Positions 28,970 to 38,869 of a stretch of 64,000 nt of DNA are shown here, piece by piece; the stretch's first letter is position 1, and every line of letters begins with the position of its first letter. The notes under the pieces were generated by a model. The model saw nothing but the letters and a program-made list of their open reading frames with translations, did not search any database and was not told the DNA's origin. The translations under genes and the position numbers were made by a program. Origin of the DNA: Candidatus Aenigmatarchaeota archaeon (GTDB lineage: Archaea; Aenigmatarchaeota; Aenigmatarchaeia; CG10238-14; SCSR01); assembly GCA_039090665.1 (NCBI GenBank), contig JAWCSL010000001.1, positions 32,001 through 96,000 on the forward strand. The letters are read 5' to 3'.

Positions 28970-30136
28970 TTATTTTTCTTCTTCCACTCCTTTTTCCTTC
29001 AAAACTCTAGCCAAATCATGAATAAGCCTTCTCACATGCTCCCTCATCTCATAAACATCCTTATCAGGAATTTCCGTTATTTTCTTCTCGTCAGCAAGCT
29101 TCTTCATGTTCACGATTTTAGACCACACTTCAGCATAGTAGGGATCTATTAACTTAGAATCAATAAACTCTCTCTTAAAAGCTAAAGCAACTTCTTCCTC
29201 TTTTTCAGGCATTTTATTCAAACTCTTTAATGCAGTTATTGCAGCTTTGTGCATGACTTCATAAGTTCTTTCCAAAATCTTTTCTCTCTTTCTTATCTCC
29301 AAAGCATTTAATAAGCTAAACATTTTGTTGACAAATTTTTCCGCTTTTTCAATCCACTCGTCCACAAACTTTCCTTCAACATCCATAAGTTCTTTGTGCT
29401 CTATTTTCTTCCTTATTTCAATTATTTCTTTCAGCCATTCAGCATATTCCGGTTCAAGAATCCCAGGTTCAACCAAAAACTTTTTCACATCATCATAAGC
29501 TTTACTTGGTACAGGAGGAGCCAAGCCCATGAACATCAAAACAGCTTGAGCTGTGTTGAGCATAGCATAATAACAATCTTCTGCAAGCATTAGCAACTTT
29601 ACAGTTTTTGCTCTCATTAGCTTCTTGGGGGCACCTTCCATATAACTTTCTATTGCTTCTCTTGTTGCAGGTATTTTTCCCATTTCAAGAAGTCTTTTGA
29701 TTGGCAAGAAGAAACCTGTATCATAAATAGCTATACCTTCTTTAATGAAGTTGTATATTATTGGGTGACAAACTCTTGCATAGTCCCAGAATTCAGTTAA
29801 AGTGTAGCTTGGTTGGATCGAAAGCTTGTCAGAAATCTTTTCAGCAATTTTTTCTAAATCCTCATCAATTTTTTCTTGAAGTTCTGTAGTGATTTCATGA
29901 GTTGTGTCGTCCAAAACAACAAAAATATCAATATCACTTTTTGGCTTGAATTCGTCCCTTGCTACAGAGCCCATCATGACTATGCATTTTATGTATTTTC
30001 CATATTTTTCCAAAACCTGCTTTGCAAATTCTTCCACTTCTTTAAGCCTTTGCTCCCTAGTTTCTGGCTTTTCTTCTTTTTTTGCTTCATCTTCCATTTT
30101 TCCCACCATTCTTTTTCTCTTCAACAACTTTAGCAA
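28970..30136 (-). CDS. Pol-beta-like nucleotidyltransferase + HEPN domain protein
   Basis: GSVAR..SDID; CYYAML helix; RKKIEH (RX4H). Confidence 0.8.
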   Translation of the reverse strand: MLKLLKRKRMVGKMEDEAKKEEKPETREQRLKEVEEFAKQVLEKYGKYIKCIVMMGSVARDEFKPKSDIDIFVVLDDTTHEITTELQEKIDEDLEKIAEKISDKLSIQPSYTLTEFWDYARVCHPIIYNFIKEGIAIYDTGFFLPIKRLLEMGKIPATREAIESYMEGAPKKLMRAKTVKLLMLAEDCYYAMLNTAQAVLMFMGLAPPVPSKAYDDVKKFLVEPGILEPEYAEWLKEIIEIRKKIEHKELMDVEGKFVDEWIEKAEKFVNKMFSLLNALEIRKREKILERTYEVMHKAAITALKSLNKMPEKEEEVALAFKREFIDSKLIDPYYAEVWSKIVNMKKLADEKKITEIPDKDVYEMREHVRRLIHDLARVLKEKGVEEEK

Positions 30137-30599
30137 TTTCTTTCTTTATATAATAAAGTGATTCAATGGGTAAGTTGGAAACCAGGGAAGAATAAGATGA
30201 GCTTATTTCGATAAAAATGGCATCGGGATCACGAATACCTCTTTTATAAATTTTTTCTATTTCACTCCTTAAATCCAATGGTTTGTAAGAATCTTTTTTT
30301 TTTGGAGTTTGTAAAAACAACTCAACTAACTTACTTGAATTGTTTGAAGTTGGCAAAGCTTCATACTCTGAAATTTTTTCCAAAAAAATTTCTCTAGCTC
30401 TTTTTTCTTCTTCAGCCAGTTTTTCAACAATTTCTTCCAAATTTAAGTTCTTTGCTTTTTCATTTTCCAACTCTTCTCGTAATTTATTATATCGCTTTTT
30501 TGTATCTTCCAAATCTTTTTGAAATTTTTCAGCAGCTTCAACTTTCTTTAAAAATTCTTCTACTAAACTCATTTCACTCAACCTCTGGCAATTCCTCAC
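30087..30599 (-). CDS. Coiled-coil hypothetical protein
   Basis: E/K-rich heptads; overlaps both neighbours. Confidence 0.55.
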   Translation of the reverse strand: MRNCQRLSEMSLVEEFLKKVEAAEKFQKDLEDTKKRYNKLREELENEKAKNLNLEEIVEKLAEEEKRAREIFLEKISEYEALPTSNNSSKLVELFLQTPKKKDSYKPLDLRSEIEKIYKRGIRDPDAIFIEISSSYSSLVSNLPIESLYYIKKEIAKVVEEKKNGGKNGR

Positions 30600-31428
30600 T
30601 CTTTAATTCTTCTGGAAGCAACTGCTTAAATCTATCTATTATTTCTTTTGTCAACTTGAGAGCCCTCTCAAGATAAGCAGCATCCACTTCTTTCACAATC
30701 TTGTGATCAATATCTTTCCAAAGCTTGTCAAGCTCTTTGAATTTCTCTATGTATTCTTTCTCCAGTTTTTTCTCTTCCACCAGCTTTTCCAAAAATTCTG
30801 GTATTGCCTTTTGGTCTGGTTGGGCTTTGTAGTAGTGCATGACAACAGCTTGAATGATATCAGTGGCAGCATATCTCAGCTCGAAGATCATGCTCTTCAA
30901 GTCAGCTTTTATTTTTCTATACCTCACTTCTCCTGCTTTTGCTTTCAGTTTTATGGTTTCTTCGCTTGGTGGCAGCAATCCCATTTGAAGCATTCTCTGA
31001 ACAGGTTTGATGAAACCAGTATCGTAAATCGGCAAACCATACCTCAAGAAGTTAACAAGCTCAGGCGAGCCAGCCCTAACCCATTGCCAGAATTCCGTCA
31101 ACAAAGTGATTTGAATGTGAAGATCCTTGAGCTCATGAGCTATCAAATAAAGCTGAGAGCTTACTTTGTCCAAATCTTCTGAGCTTTTTGTTGCTGTGTC
31201 GTCAAGTATAACCCAAACATCAGCATCACTACCCTTTTTCATAGTTCCTTTCACAACAGACCCGAAAATTAGCACTGATTTAATCAAATTACCATACTGT
31301 TTCCTAGCTTCATTAGTGAATTTCACAACTTTTTCTATAACTTTTCTTTGTAATTCTGCCTGTTCTTGGTCTTCTTTCTTTGCTAACTCAACATCTTCCA
31401 ATTCATCTTCCAAATTTTTTATGTCCAT
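30574..31428 (-). CDS. Paralogous nucleotidyltransferase + degenerate HEPN protein
   Basis: GSVVK..SDAD, LTEFW, YDTGF shared with 28970-30136; WKDIDH lacks the Arg. Confidence 0.78.
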   Translation of the reverse strand: MDIKNLEDELEDVELAKKEDQEQAELQRKVIEKVVKFTNEARKQYGNLIKSVLIFGSVVKGTMKKGSDADVWVILDDTATKSSEDLDKVSSQLYLIAHELKDLHIQITLLTEFWQWVRAGSPELVNFLRYGLPIYDTGFIKPVQRMLQMGLLPPSEETIKLKAKAGEVRYRKIKADLKSMIFELRYAATDIIQAVVMHYYKAQPDQKAIPEFLEKLVEEKKLEKEYIEKFKELDKLWKDIDHKIVKEVDAAYLERALKLTKEIIDRFKQLLPEELKSEELPEVE

Positions 31429-31473
31429 ACTTATTTATCTCCTTACTATAATACTTATATTGTAGTATTCTTT

Positions 31474-33291
31474 CTACCTAAACTTTTCTCTTTTCCACTC
31501 TTCTATTTTTCCCTTCTCCACTGCAGCTCTTCCAAGGAAGCCATGTGTTTCTTCTGGAACCATTAACAATCCTCTTAAAGGATCGTAAGCGTGTTCTTTT
31601 ATCACAGTTCTCTGTCTTTCTTCTGATGCTACTTCCTTTACATCTATACCGAAAAATTCAGGGTATTCAATTAGTTTTTCTGGAGGTATATCTTTTTCCA
31701 AAAACTTGATAATCAATTGCAATGAAATCACTGATTGTTGAAAACTTTCTGGTCCACCTCTTTCAAAAATTATGTAACAATCTTTATCTTTACCAAAACC
31801 TTTTTGCCTTAGTTTGTAGTACATTTCATACAAGTATTTTTGTTGGTCTGAACCAACTTCTATTGGTAAGTGGGCTGGGGCTAAAGTTGAAGGCCAACCT
31901 GCGTGTATTACTCTAACATATTTGCCTCCGTCTTCCGGAAGCAATTCTATAACTTTTCCCGGATCTATTCTTAAGCTAAGCATGTGTTCAAAATCCATAG
32001 CAATTGCAAAAATATTTTTTCCTGCTTGTTTATTTGCTTCTTCAACCAAAAAGTAATACTGATAAGGATTAGCCAACCTAAGCCACTCTTCTATTCCTCT
32101 TCCTCCCATTGGTGATTCTAAAGCGAAAATCATTCCATCTTCGTCCAAATATTTTTTCGGATCTTCATACTCTTTTCTTGTTGGGAAAAAATGGCCATAA
32201 ATGTATCTTGCAGAAACAGCAGGAACCCAAATCTCATAAACTGTCCTAAAGTTGCCATCTTCTATCGTAAGCCTTTCTGGGCTTATCCCTTTTTTCTTCA
32301 TCCATTCCTCTACGCTTATACCATCCCTTTTAGCAAAAAATCTTATGCTAGCATTCACTATTTTTTCCCACAAAGGATCTTTGTTTTCTTCCATCCATTT
32401 TGCAACGAAATAGTAAGCCCATCTCTCTGGGCCATAATGCAAATCTCTCGATTGAACCAGCGAAACAACATAATCCACAATATCAACAAAAGTTATTTCC
32501 AAAGATCTTCTTATTCCTTCATCAATCATATTTTTCAAAGCTTCTTCAGCTTCAACATACTTTTTCCCTCTGGATATTTCTTCACTTTGCACCCTGTTCA
32601 TTATCCTATCTTGCAAATATTCTTCAAAAGTTCTTCCTCTCAAGAGCTCGAGCCAGAAAAAATTTTGCGGTTTTATTCCTTTTTCCCTGAAAGCATTTTC
32701 TATATCTTTTTTGTCTATTTGTCCTGTCTCTTTCCCTTTTTCTTTCCAAATATTCATCAAAATCTCAATCATTTCTTTTGATTTGTTTTCTTTGTTTCCG
32801 CTAATCAACCAATTTAAAAGCCAATTATTTTGAGTTAGAAATTCCCTGAAAGGATTTCCTTGAGGATCGACCAAATCACAAGACTGTAGAGTTCTTTCTA
32901 AAAGCCTGAAAGGTTCTGATTCAGAAGAATGAACTAAAACATATTTTGCTCCTATATCTTTTGAATGTTTCAAAATCAAAATGAGTCTTTCATGAGCCCT
33001 CTCATATTCCATCTTTATCGCAGAATCGAGCTCAGCAGCTTCAACACCAAAAGCTCTTGTTTCGCTATGAATTCCAAATTCTATTCCAAGTTTTTCCTTA
33101 ATATCTTTTTTCATCTTCTTTTCCAGCTCGGGCTCTTCAAATTCCGAAAGCGACTCTAAATCAAGCTGAACAAACTTCACACCTTTCGTTATTCCTGCTT
33201 GAGCTTTCTTGAACAATCCAGCTAGTTGAGGCTTTTCTTCCCCACCAGCAACCCCAAAAGCTCCGGTTGAAACCCCTAAGATATAACCCAT
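31474..33291 (-). CDS. Large TIM-barrel metalloenzyme (xylose isomerase/AP endonuclease 2-like) with helical insertion
   Basis: GIHSE, LVHSS, ALESP, MDFEH, IHAG, AHLP, IFERG. Confidence 0.6.
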   Translation of the reverse strand: MGYILGVSTGAFGVAGGEEKPQLAGLFKKAQAGITKGVKFVQLDLESLSEFEEPELEKKMKKDIKEKLGIEFGIHSETRAFGVEAAELDSAIKMEYERAHERLILILKHSKDIGAKYVLVHSSESEPFRLLERTLQSCDLVDPQGNPFREFLTQNNWLLNWLISGNKENKSKEMIEILMNIWKEKGKETGQIDKKDIENAFREKGIKPQNFFWLELLRGRTFEEYLQDRIMNRVQSEEISRGKKYVEAEEALKNMIDEGIRRSLEITFVDIVDYVVSLVQSRDLHYGPERWAYYFVAKWMEENKDPLWEKIVNASIRFFAKRDGISVEEWMKKKGISPERLTIEDGNFRTVYEIWVPAVSARYIYGHFFPTRKEYEDPKKYLDEDGMIFALESPMGGRGIEEWLRLANPYQYYFLVEEANKQAGKNIFAIAMDFEHMLSLRIDPGKVIELLPEDGGKYVRVIHAGWPSTLAPAHLPIEVGSDQQKYLYEMYYKLRQKGFGKDKDCYIIFERGGPESFQQSVISLQLIIKFLEKDIPPEKLIEYPEFFGIDVKEVASEERQRTVIKEHAYDPLRGLLMVPEETHGFLGRAAVEKGKIEEWKREKFR

Positions 33292-33301
33292 TTATTCACC
33301 T

Positions 33302-35032
33302 CTATGGAGCACCAAATGAAGATTTTATGAAGTTTACTATCATACCCCAGGCCGCTGCTACTTCACGTAAATAGTATTTTGTTATTCTCTCTTTGAGAGC
33401 AAATTCATAAGGAATTTTATAAGGAACTTTTGCTCTGAAGAAATTCAATTCTAAACCAAAGAACTCGAAAAATTTTTCAAAAATTTTAGTTATCCTTTCA
33501 ACAGGATTCTCTCCTTTCTCCTTTACTTTTTCCTTTCTTTCTTCTTCAAACTTTTTTGTATACTCTTTCACAAGCTCATCGATATCAACAATTTCTATTC
33601 TCTTCTTTCCCCCATCTTCTTTTTCCAAAACTCCAGCCTCACCTAACATTTGTTTCAAATAAAGTTCAATCTTTTTGTCTTTTACTTCAAGCTCTATCAA
33701 TCTACCTATTATTATATTTTGAGTTTCAAGCCAAGCCGTTAGTCTATCAAACATTAAATCTTCAATTTCAGTTCCATTTGGCAAGCGAATAACAGCTCTT
33801 ATTACAGGAATTTCAAAGAACATGAAGTACGGACTAAACACCCAAGCTTCATAGTCTGTAAGACCTGAAACAGATTTTTCAAATCTATTGACAAGTCTTT
33901 CTCTTGCTTTAAAAATCTCTTTAGCAGTAATTTTTATTCCTTTATACTCACTAGAGTTTTCTATAGCTTTAATTATTTTCCTTACAACCTCATCTATAGA
34001 AGGCTCTACAGGTAAAGCTTTAACCATCCCATCTTTATCTAACAATCCTTCTTCTTTCAATTCTTCTATTTCTTCTGGCGTGAATCCTGCCTCTTCAGCA
34101 GGAATTTTGTCTAAAGGAGTTTCTCTCACAGCTTTGTACTTATCTGGAGCTGCAAAAGGTTTCCAGGCCCAAATGGTAGCAATATCTAAAGACATCGCTT
34201 GAGATTCAGGCTTCCAGAAAGCAGCTCTCTCAAGAAGAGAAGCTATTGCAGGATCGCTAAGTCCATCAACTATGGATTTATATCTTCTTAATGTAGGTTT
34301 AAGCATCTCTTTATATTCTTCATAAGATTTTTTTCTCGCTTCAACTAATCCGATCAAGCTTTTAAACCTTTCTTCCACAGCTTTCTTGAAAAGCTCGTCT
34401 CTCCATTCCTTATAAAGTTTGTTTTTTGTTGCTAGGATTACAGCTTCTGCTTCAGAAACTTTGTGTTTTTCTGCTATTTTCTTTGGTTCAACATCTTCAT
34501 CATCAAGCTTCATGAAATCTGCAATAATTGTCGGCCATCTTGCAGCTATAGACCTCAAAGCAATTGGCTGGTTTGGTAAGTCTGTATGAGCATCAACTTG
34601 ATCTATGAAAATTGCTTTGAGAGATTGCTCACCTTGTAATCTAAGCTTATCATCTTTCTTTTTCTTACCAACTTCTATCATCTTGTAATAATCCATGAAC
34701 TCCTTGTATTTTCTCAAATCATGTCTCAAGAGCTCTAAGTCCGAAAAAGCTGTGGCTATACTTGCCAAACCAGCTTTTATTATTGCTTCCAACTCTTCTT
34801 TTTGTTTCAGCGTTAGTTGGTAGTATTGTTGAAAAACTGGGCTCACTACTATTTTTTCATCAATTTTTACTCTTTCAAATCCCCACTTTGGAAGCTGGAA
34901 AATTAAAGCCAGAAGAACTCCAGAAGCTTTACCAAGATTTGAGTCTATATCAAGAAAAATGTTACAATCTTTTAGTTGAATGTTAAGGCCGCATCCTGGA
35001 GGAATTTTATCATCTTTCGGATATTCAACCAT
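33302..35032 (-). CDS. Conserved-looking helical hypothetical protein
   Basis: 576-aa ORF in a tight operon. Confidence 0.7.
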   Translation of the reverse strand: MVEYPKDDKIPPGCGLNIQLKDCNIFLDIDSNLGKASGVLLALIFQLPKWGFERVKIDEKIVVSPVFQQYYQLTLKQKEELEAIIKAGLASIATAFSDLELLRHDLRKYKEFMDYYKMIEVGKKKKDDKLRLQGEQSLKAIFIDQVDAHTDLPNQPIALRSIAARWPTIIADFMKLDDEDVEPKKIAEKHKVSEAEAVILATKNKLYKEWRDELFKKAVEERFKSLIGLVEARKKSYEEYKEMLKPTLRRYKSIVDGLSDPAIASLLERAAFWKPESQAMSLDIATIWAWKPFAAPDKYKAVRETPLDKIPAEEAGFTPEEIEELKEEGLLDKDGMVKALPVEPSIDEVVRKIIKAIENSSEYKGIKITAKEIFKARERLVNRFEKSVSGLTDYEAWVFSPYFMFFEIPVIRAVIRLPNGTEIEDLMFDRLTAWLETQNIIIGRLIELEVKDKKIELYLKQMLGEAGVLEKEDGGKKRIEIVDIDELVKEYTKKFEEERKEKVKEKGENPVERITKIFEKFFEFFGLELNFFRAKVPYKIPYEFALKERITKYYLREVAAAWGMIVNFIKSSFGAP

Positions 35033-35057
35033 AATTTAAATTAATTTTTTTTCTGTA

Positions 35058-35219
35058 TTAAGTTTTCAACAAGTAAATCCCAACAGCAATCAAACCAAAG
35101 CCTAAGATAACTCCAGTGAAGCTAATTTGTTCTGGTTGGTAATCTTTTATTTCAGGAAAGAACATAACTGTCAAAATTCCTCCAAGTAGACAAACTGCAC
35201 CCAAAATTTTGTTTAACAT
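35058..35219 (-). CDS. 53-aa two-TM microprotein (not in ORF track)
   Basis: MLNKILGAVCLLGGILTVMFFPEIKDYQPEQISFTGVILGFGLIAVGIYLLKT. Confidence 0.7.
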   Translation of the reverse strand: MLNKILGAVCLLGGILTVMFFPEIKDYQPEQISFTGVILGFGLIAVGIYLLKT

Positions 35220-35363
35220 CTATTTAATTAATTGAATTCCCAATCCTAAAAAAATTGGACCAAGCAATAGCTGTACTAAAAAAGAATCGTAATCTTCCAC
35301 CCTACCACAATTAAAAGTAAAAACTAAACCAAGAAATATCAAAACCGCACCCAAAACTTTCAT
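35220..35363 (-). CDS. 47-aa two-TM microprotein (not in ORF track)
   Basis: MKVLGAVLIFLGLVFTFNCGRVEDYDSFLVQLLLGPIFLGLGIQLIK; stop abuts the next ATG. Confidence 0.6.
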   Translation of the reverse strand: MKVLGAVLIFLGLVFTFNCGRVEDYDSFLVQLLLGPIFLGLGIQLIK

Positions 35364-35432
35364 GTTTATTCTTTAAGACAAAGGATTTTAAATCTTTTTA
35401 TTTTCTACCCATTAAATAAATTATGTGGTTGA

Positions 35433-35966
35433 ATGCCGGTTTTTGCTAGAACAAAGCTTGTAATTCAAGATGATTGTTTGGTCCCACAAGCTTCTTTTGC
35501 CACAATAGAATACAAGGGCCCAAATCCCCAAAACCTTTACAATAAAATTAAAGAATTGCTTGTCACAATTTGGAGAGTAGATCCTGGGGATGTTCAAGAG
35601 AGAGAATTCAGCTGGGATAGAAGCTCAGGAACTGAAAAATTCAGGGTTAGGTTTGAAGCTGTTAAAGACCTTGATACTTTCAGTTTTTTCTTCATAAGGA
35701 TAAATTTAAGTGGAGAAGCAAAGCATAGTAGAGAATTTGGAAGAGAAGGAAGTGCAAAAATCGAGCTCGACACTTGTCTTAGAACAGAATATCCTCAAGA
35801 CACGATTTGGCAAAGAAGCTTGATTTATGAAATGTTTAGGATGCTTTGGCATAAAGCAATTTATCAGAACACAAGGCTAAGATACTTACAAGAGTGTAGG
35901 GAGCTCTCACATAAGTTTTTAGAAGAAATAAAATCTTTTCTTAACGCTTTACCAAAAAGTTATTAG
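35433..35966 (+). CDS. Hypothetical protein, paralog of next gene
   Basis: Shared DD..I.YKG.NP, ER.F.W, EG..LRTE. Confidence 0.75.
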   Translation: MPVFARTKLVIQDDCLVPQASFATIEYKGPNPQNLYNKIKELLVTIWRVDPGDVQEREFSWDRSSGTEKFRVRFEAVKDLDTFSFFFIRINLSGEAKHSREFGREGSAKIELDTCLRTEYPQDTIWQRSLIYEMFRMLWHKAIYQNTRLRYLQECRELSHKFLEEIKSFLNALPKSY

Positions 35967-35974
35967 TGTAAATT

Positions 35975-36490
35975 ATGCCGAGTTGGATTGTTGAAGACGA
36001 TATTCTTGCACCAAGGAATAAGATTGAAATAAATTACAAAGGATTGAACCCAATTCAATTTTACAAGAAACTTGATAGCAATTATTTTCAAACAAGATTT
36101 GAAGTTGGAGGTACAGACTATATGGAAAGGGATTTCAGATGGAGTGCTGATAGCGAACCACACCCTTTTTTCATAAGAGTTTTTGTTCACAAAGGCTATG
36201 ATAACTACACTGAAGCGTGGTTCGAAATTCTATTTCAAGGAGTTCAACCTTCTGATCCAACAAAAGAGGGAAACGTGAAGATAACAATAGGCGGGAACTT
36301 GAGGACAGAATTCAAACTTAAAACAGGCTTCCAGCAAACTCCTTTGTACAAAGCTTTGCTTTGGCTTTACATAAAAATTTTCTATGCAAATGTGAGGAGA
36401 AGCTATTTGAAAGATGCACAAAAAAGGATTGAGTTGCTTGTGAAAGAAATAAGAGAATGGGCAGGAATGCCGGAGGTTGTTTATGTTTAG
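35975..36490 (+). CDS. Hypothetical protein, paralog of previous gene
   Basis: Same shared motifs. Confidence 0.75.
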   Translation: MPSWIVEDDILAPRNKIEINYKGLNPIQFYKKLDSNYFQTRFEVGGTDYMERDFRWSADSEPHPFFIRVFVHKGYDNYTEAWFEILFQGVQPSDPTKEGNVKITIGGNLRTEFKLKTGFQQTPLYKALLWLYIKIFYANVRRSYLKDAQKRIELLVKEIREWAGMPEVVYV

Positions 36491-36698
36491 TTGGTTCAAG
36501 AAAAAAGAGAAGCCTTTGCCACCAGAATCTCTTAAGCCCTTGGAGCCTTTAGAACCTTTAGAACCTAAACCTGAAGTAAATAAAATCCCGACAGAGCAAA
36601 AAATTGAATTGCTTTTAGCGCAAATTGAAGCGATGAATGAAAGATTGAAGAATATTGAAAGAATGGTGGAAGAAATTTATAAAATAGCAAAGGGTTAA
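36477..36698 (+). CDS. Small Pro-rich/coiled-coil protein
   Basis: PLEPLEPLEP linker, C-terminal heptads, GGAGG upstream. Confidence 0.65.
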   Translation: MFMFSWFKKKEKPLPPESLKPLEPLEPLEPKPEVNKIPTEQKIELLLAQIEAMNERLKNIERMVEEIYKIAKG

Positions 36699-36723
36699 TT
36701 CTCTGTCTTTTCAATATAGAATT

Positions 36724-37878
36724 ATGATAATTGGCATTTGTGGAAAAACAAATGTGGGTAAATCAAGCTTTTTCAAGGCAGCCACTTTAATTGATGTTGA
36801 AATTGCAAATAGGCGCTTTGTTACAATAAAACCAAATTTTGGAATAGGTTATGTTATAACCGATTGTGTTTGCAAAGAGTTTGGAGTAAAGTGCAATCCG
36901 AAAAATAGCATTTGTAAAAATGGGAAAAGGTTCATTCCAATACAGCTTGTAGATGTTGCTGGTTTAATTCCAGGAGCTCATGAAGGAAAAGGTCTTGGGA
37001 ACAAATTTCTTGACGATCTGAGACAAGCTTCTGCTTTCATTCATATAGTTGATGCTTCTGGCTTGACAGACCAAGAAGGGAATCCAACTAAAGGTTATGA
37101 TCCGAGCTTTGATGTAAAATTTGTTAAGGAAGAGATAGAATTGTGGTTTGCTGATGTAATAAAAAGAGCTTTGAGTAAAATTGTGAAAGCTCAATCTAGA
37201 ACTGAGCTAGTTCAGCTTTTGACAGAACAGCTTAGCGGGCTTGAAATCAGAAAAGAGCATATAGAAGCAGCTTTGGAAAAAGTTTGGATAAGTGATGTTG
37301 AGAAGTTTGCAAAGGAAATAAGGAAGATTTCTAAACCAATGCTAATAGCTGCCAACAAGATTGATTTACCGGAAGCTCAAGAAAATTTGGAAAAATTGAA
37401 AAAAGAATTTCCAGACTTGATGATAATTCCAACTTCAGCTGACTATGAGATTGCTTTGAGGAAGGCTGCTGAAGCTGGGCTGATAGATTATTTGCCTGGT
37501 AATGGTTTTAAGGTTCTTGATGAAACCAAGCTGAGCGAAACACAAAAGAAAGCTTTGGAAAAGATAAAGGCTTTGATTGAAAAGTATGGTTCTACAGGAG
37601 TACAAGATTGTTTGAATAAAGCTGTTTTTGATTTGCTTGGCTACATTGTGGTTTATCCTGTTGAAGATGAGAACAAGCTTTGCGATAAGCATGGCAATGT
37701 TTTGCCTGATGCTTTGTTGATGCCAAAGGGTTCTACTGCTTTGGATTTGGCTTTCAAAATTCATACAGAAATTGGTGAGAAATTCATTTGTGCGATAGAT
37801 GCTAGGAGCAAGAGAAGGCTTGGAAAAGATTATGTTCTTAAGGATAAAGATGTGATAAGGATAATGGTGGCAAAGTAG
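36724..37878 (+). CDS. ychF: YchF/Ola1-family OBG GTPase/ATPase with TGS domain
   Basis: GKTNVGKS, DVAGL, GLGNKFLDDLR, NKID. Confidence 0.9.
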   Translation: MIIGICGKTNVGKSSFFKAATLIDVEIANRRFVTIKPNFGIGYVITDCVCKEFGVKCNPKNSICKNGKRFIPIQLVDVAGLIPGAHEGKGLGNKFLDDLRQASAFIHIVDASGLTDQEGNPTKGYDPSFDVKFVKEEIELWFADVIKRALSKIVKAQSRTELVQLLTEQLSGLEIRKEHIEAALEKVWISDVEKFAKEIRKISKPMLIAANKIDLPEAQENLEKLKKEFPDLMIIPTSADYEIALRKAAEAGLIDYLPGNGFKVLDETKLSETQKKALEKIKALIEKYGSTGVQDCLNKAVFDLLGYIVVYPVEDENKLCDKHGNVLPDALLMPKGSTALDLAFKIHTEIGEKFICAIDARSKRRLGKDYVLKDKDVIRIMVAK

Positions 37879-37958
37879 ACTTTTGCCTATTGTGAATCAA
37901 TAGAAGTGTAAGAAGAACCTAAAGGTAAATAATTTCTAAAATCCAAATTACTTATTGA

Positions 37959-38072
37959 ATGGTTGTACTCAAGAAAAGGTTTCGTGGCGTTAGACAAAGC
38001 TTAAAAAGAGCAAGAGCTTACTTGGATAGAAAAATTTACAACAAGTTTTGGAGGTACTTGAGGAGGAAGTGA
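37959..38072 (+). CDS. 37-aa highly basic peptide directly upstream of ku (not in ORF track)
   Basis: MVVLKKRFRGVRQSLKRARAYLDRKIYNKFWRYLRRK; TGA abuts the ku ATG. Confidence 0.5.
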   Translation: MVVLKKRFRGVRQSLKRARAYLDRKIYNKFWRYLRRK

Positions 38073-38867
38073 ATGCCGAGGGCAATCTTCACGGGAGCAA
38101 TTTCTTTCGGCCTCGTTCATATTCCGATCAGAATTTACACTGCTACTGAATCAAAAGAAATAGAGTTTCACAATTTGTGTCCTGAATGTCTTTCGCCTTT
38201 GGAATACAAGAGATGGTGTCCAAAATGTCAGAAAGAAGTTGCTTGGCAAGATGTAAAGAAAGGGTTCAAGATTTCAAAAGAAAGATGGGTTGTTCTTGAT
38301 AAAGAAGAAATAGAAAAGCTCAAGCTACCAAGCACGAAAGCCTTAGAAATTCAAAGCTTTATTGATGTTTCTCAAATAGACCCAATTTTCTTCCAGAAAG
38401 CTTACTATGTTGTTCCTGAGGAGGGAGGAGAAAAACCTTATTCTCTGCTTGTAGAAGCTCTAAGGCTTGCGAACAAAGCAGCAATTGGCAAAGTGGTTTT
38501 GAAGAATAAGGAATACTTAGTTTGCTTGAGGCCTTTTAAGAAAGGGTTGGTCATGCACTTGCTTTACTTCTTGCGTGAAATTAAAGATATAGAAGAGTTG
38601 CCCGAACTTAAGAATTTGGTCGTTGTTAGCAAAGAAGAGCTCGAGTTGGCAAAAGCTTTGATAAGCAAGCTTACAGAAGAAGAGTTTGATGCCAGCAAGT
38701 TTAAAGATGAGTATACTGAAAAACTGAAAGAACTGATAAAAGCTAAGGCTGAAGGTAAGGAAGTTGAAATCAAAGCTGAAGAGAGAGTAGCGGAAGCTAA
38801 AAGTCTTATGGAAGCCTTGAAAGCAAGCGTTGAACAAGCGAAGAAGAAAAAAGTTGAAGAGAAATAA
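38073..38867 (+). CDS. ku: Prokaryotic Ku DNA end-binding protein
   Basis: GAISFGLVHIPI, IDPIFF..YY, FKDEY, SLMEALKAS. Confidence 0.95.
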   Translation: MPRAIFTGAISFGLVHIPIRIYTATESKEIEFHNLCPECLSPLEYKRWCPKCQKEVAWQDVKKGFKISKERWVVLDKEEIEKLKLPSTKALEIQSFIDVSQIDPIFFQKAYYVVPEEGGEKPYSLLVEALRLANKAAIGKVVLKNKEYLVCLRPFKKGLVMHLLYFLREIKDIEELPELKNLVVVSKEELELAKALISKLTEEEFDASKFKDEYTEKLKELIKAKAEGKEVEIKAEERVAEAKSLMEALKASVEQAKKKKVEEK

Positions 38868-38869
38868 TT

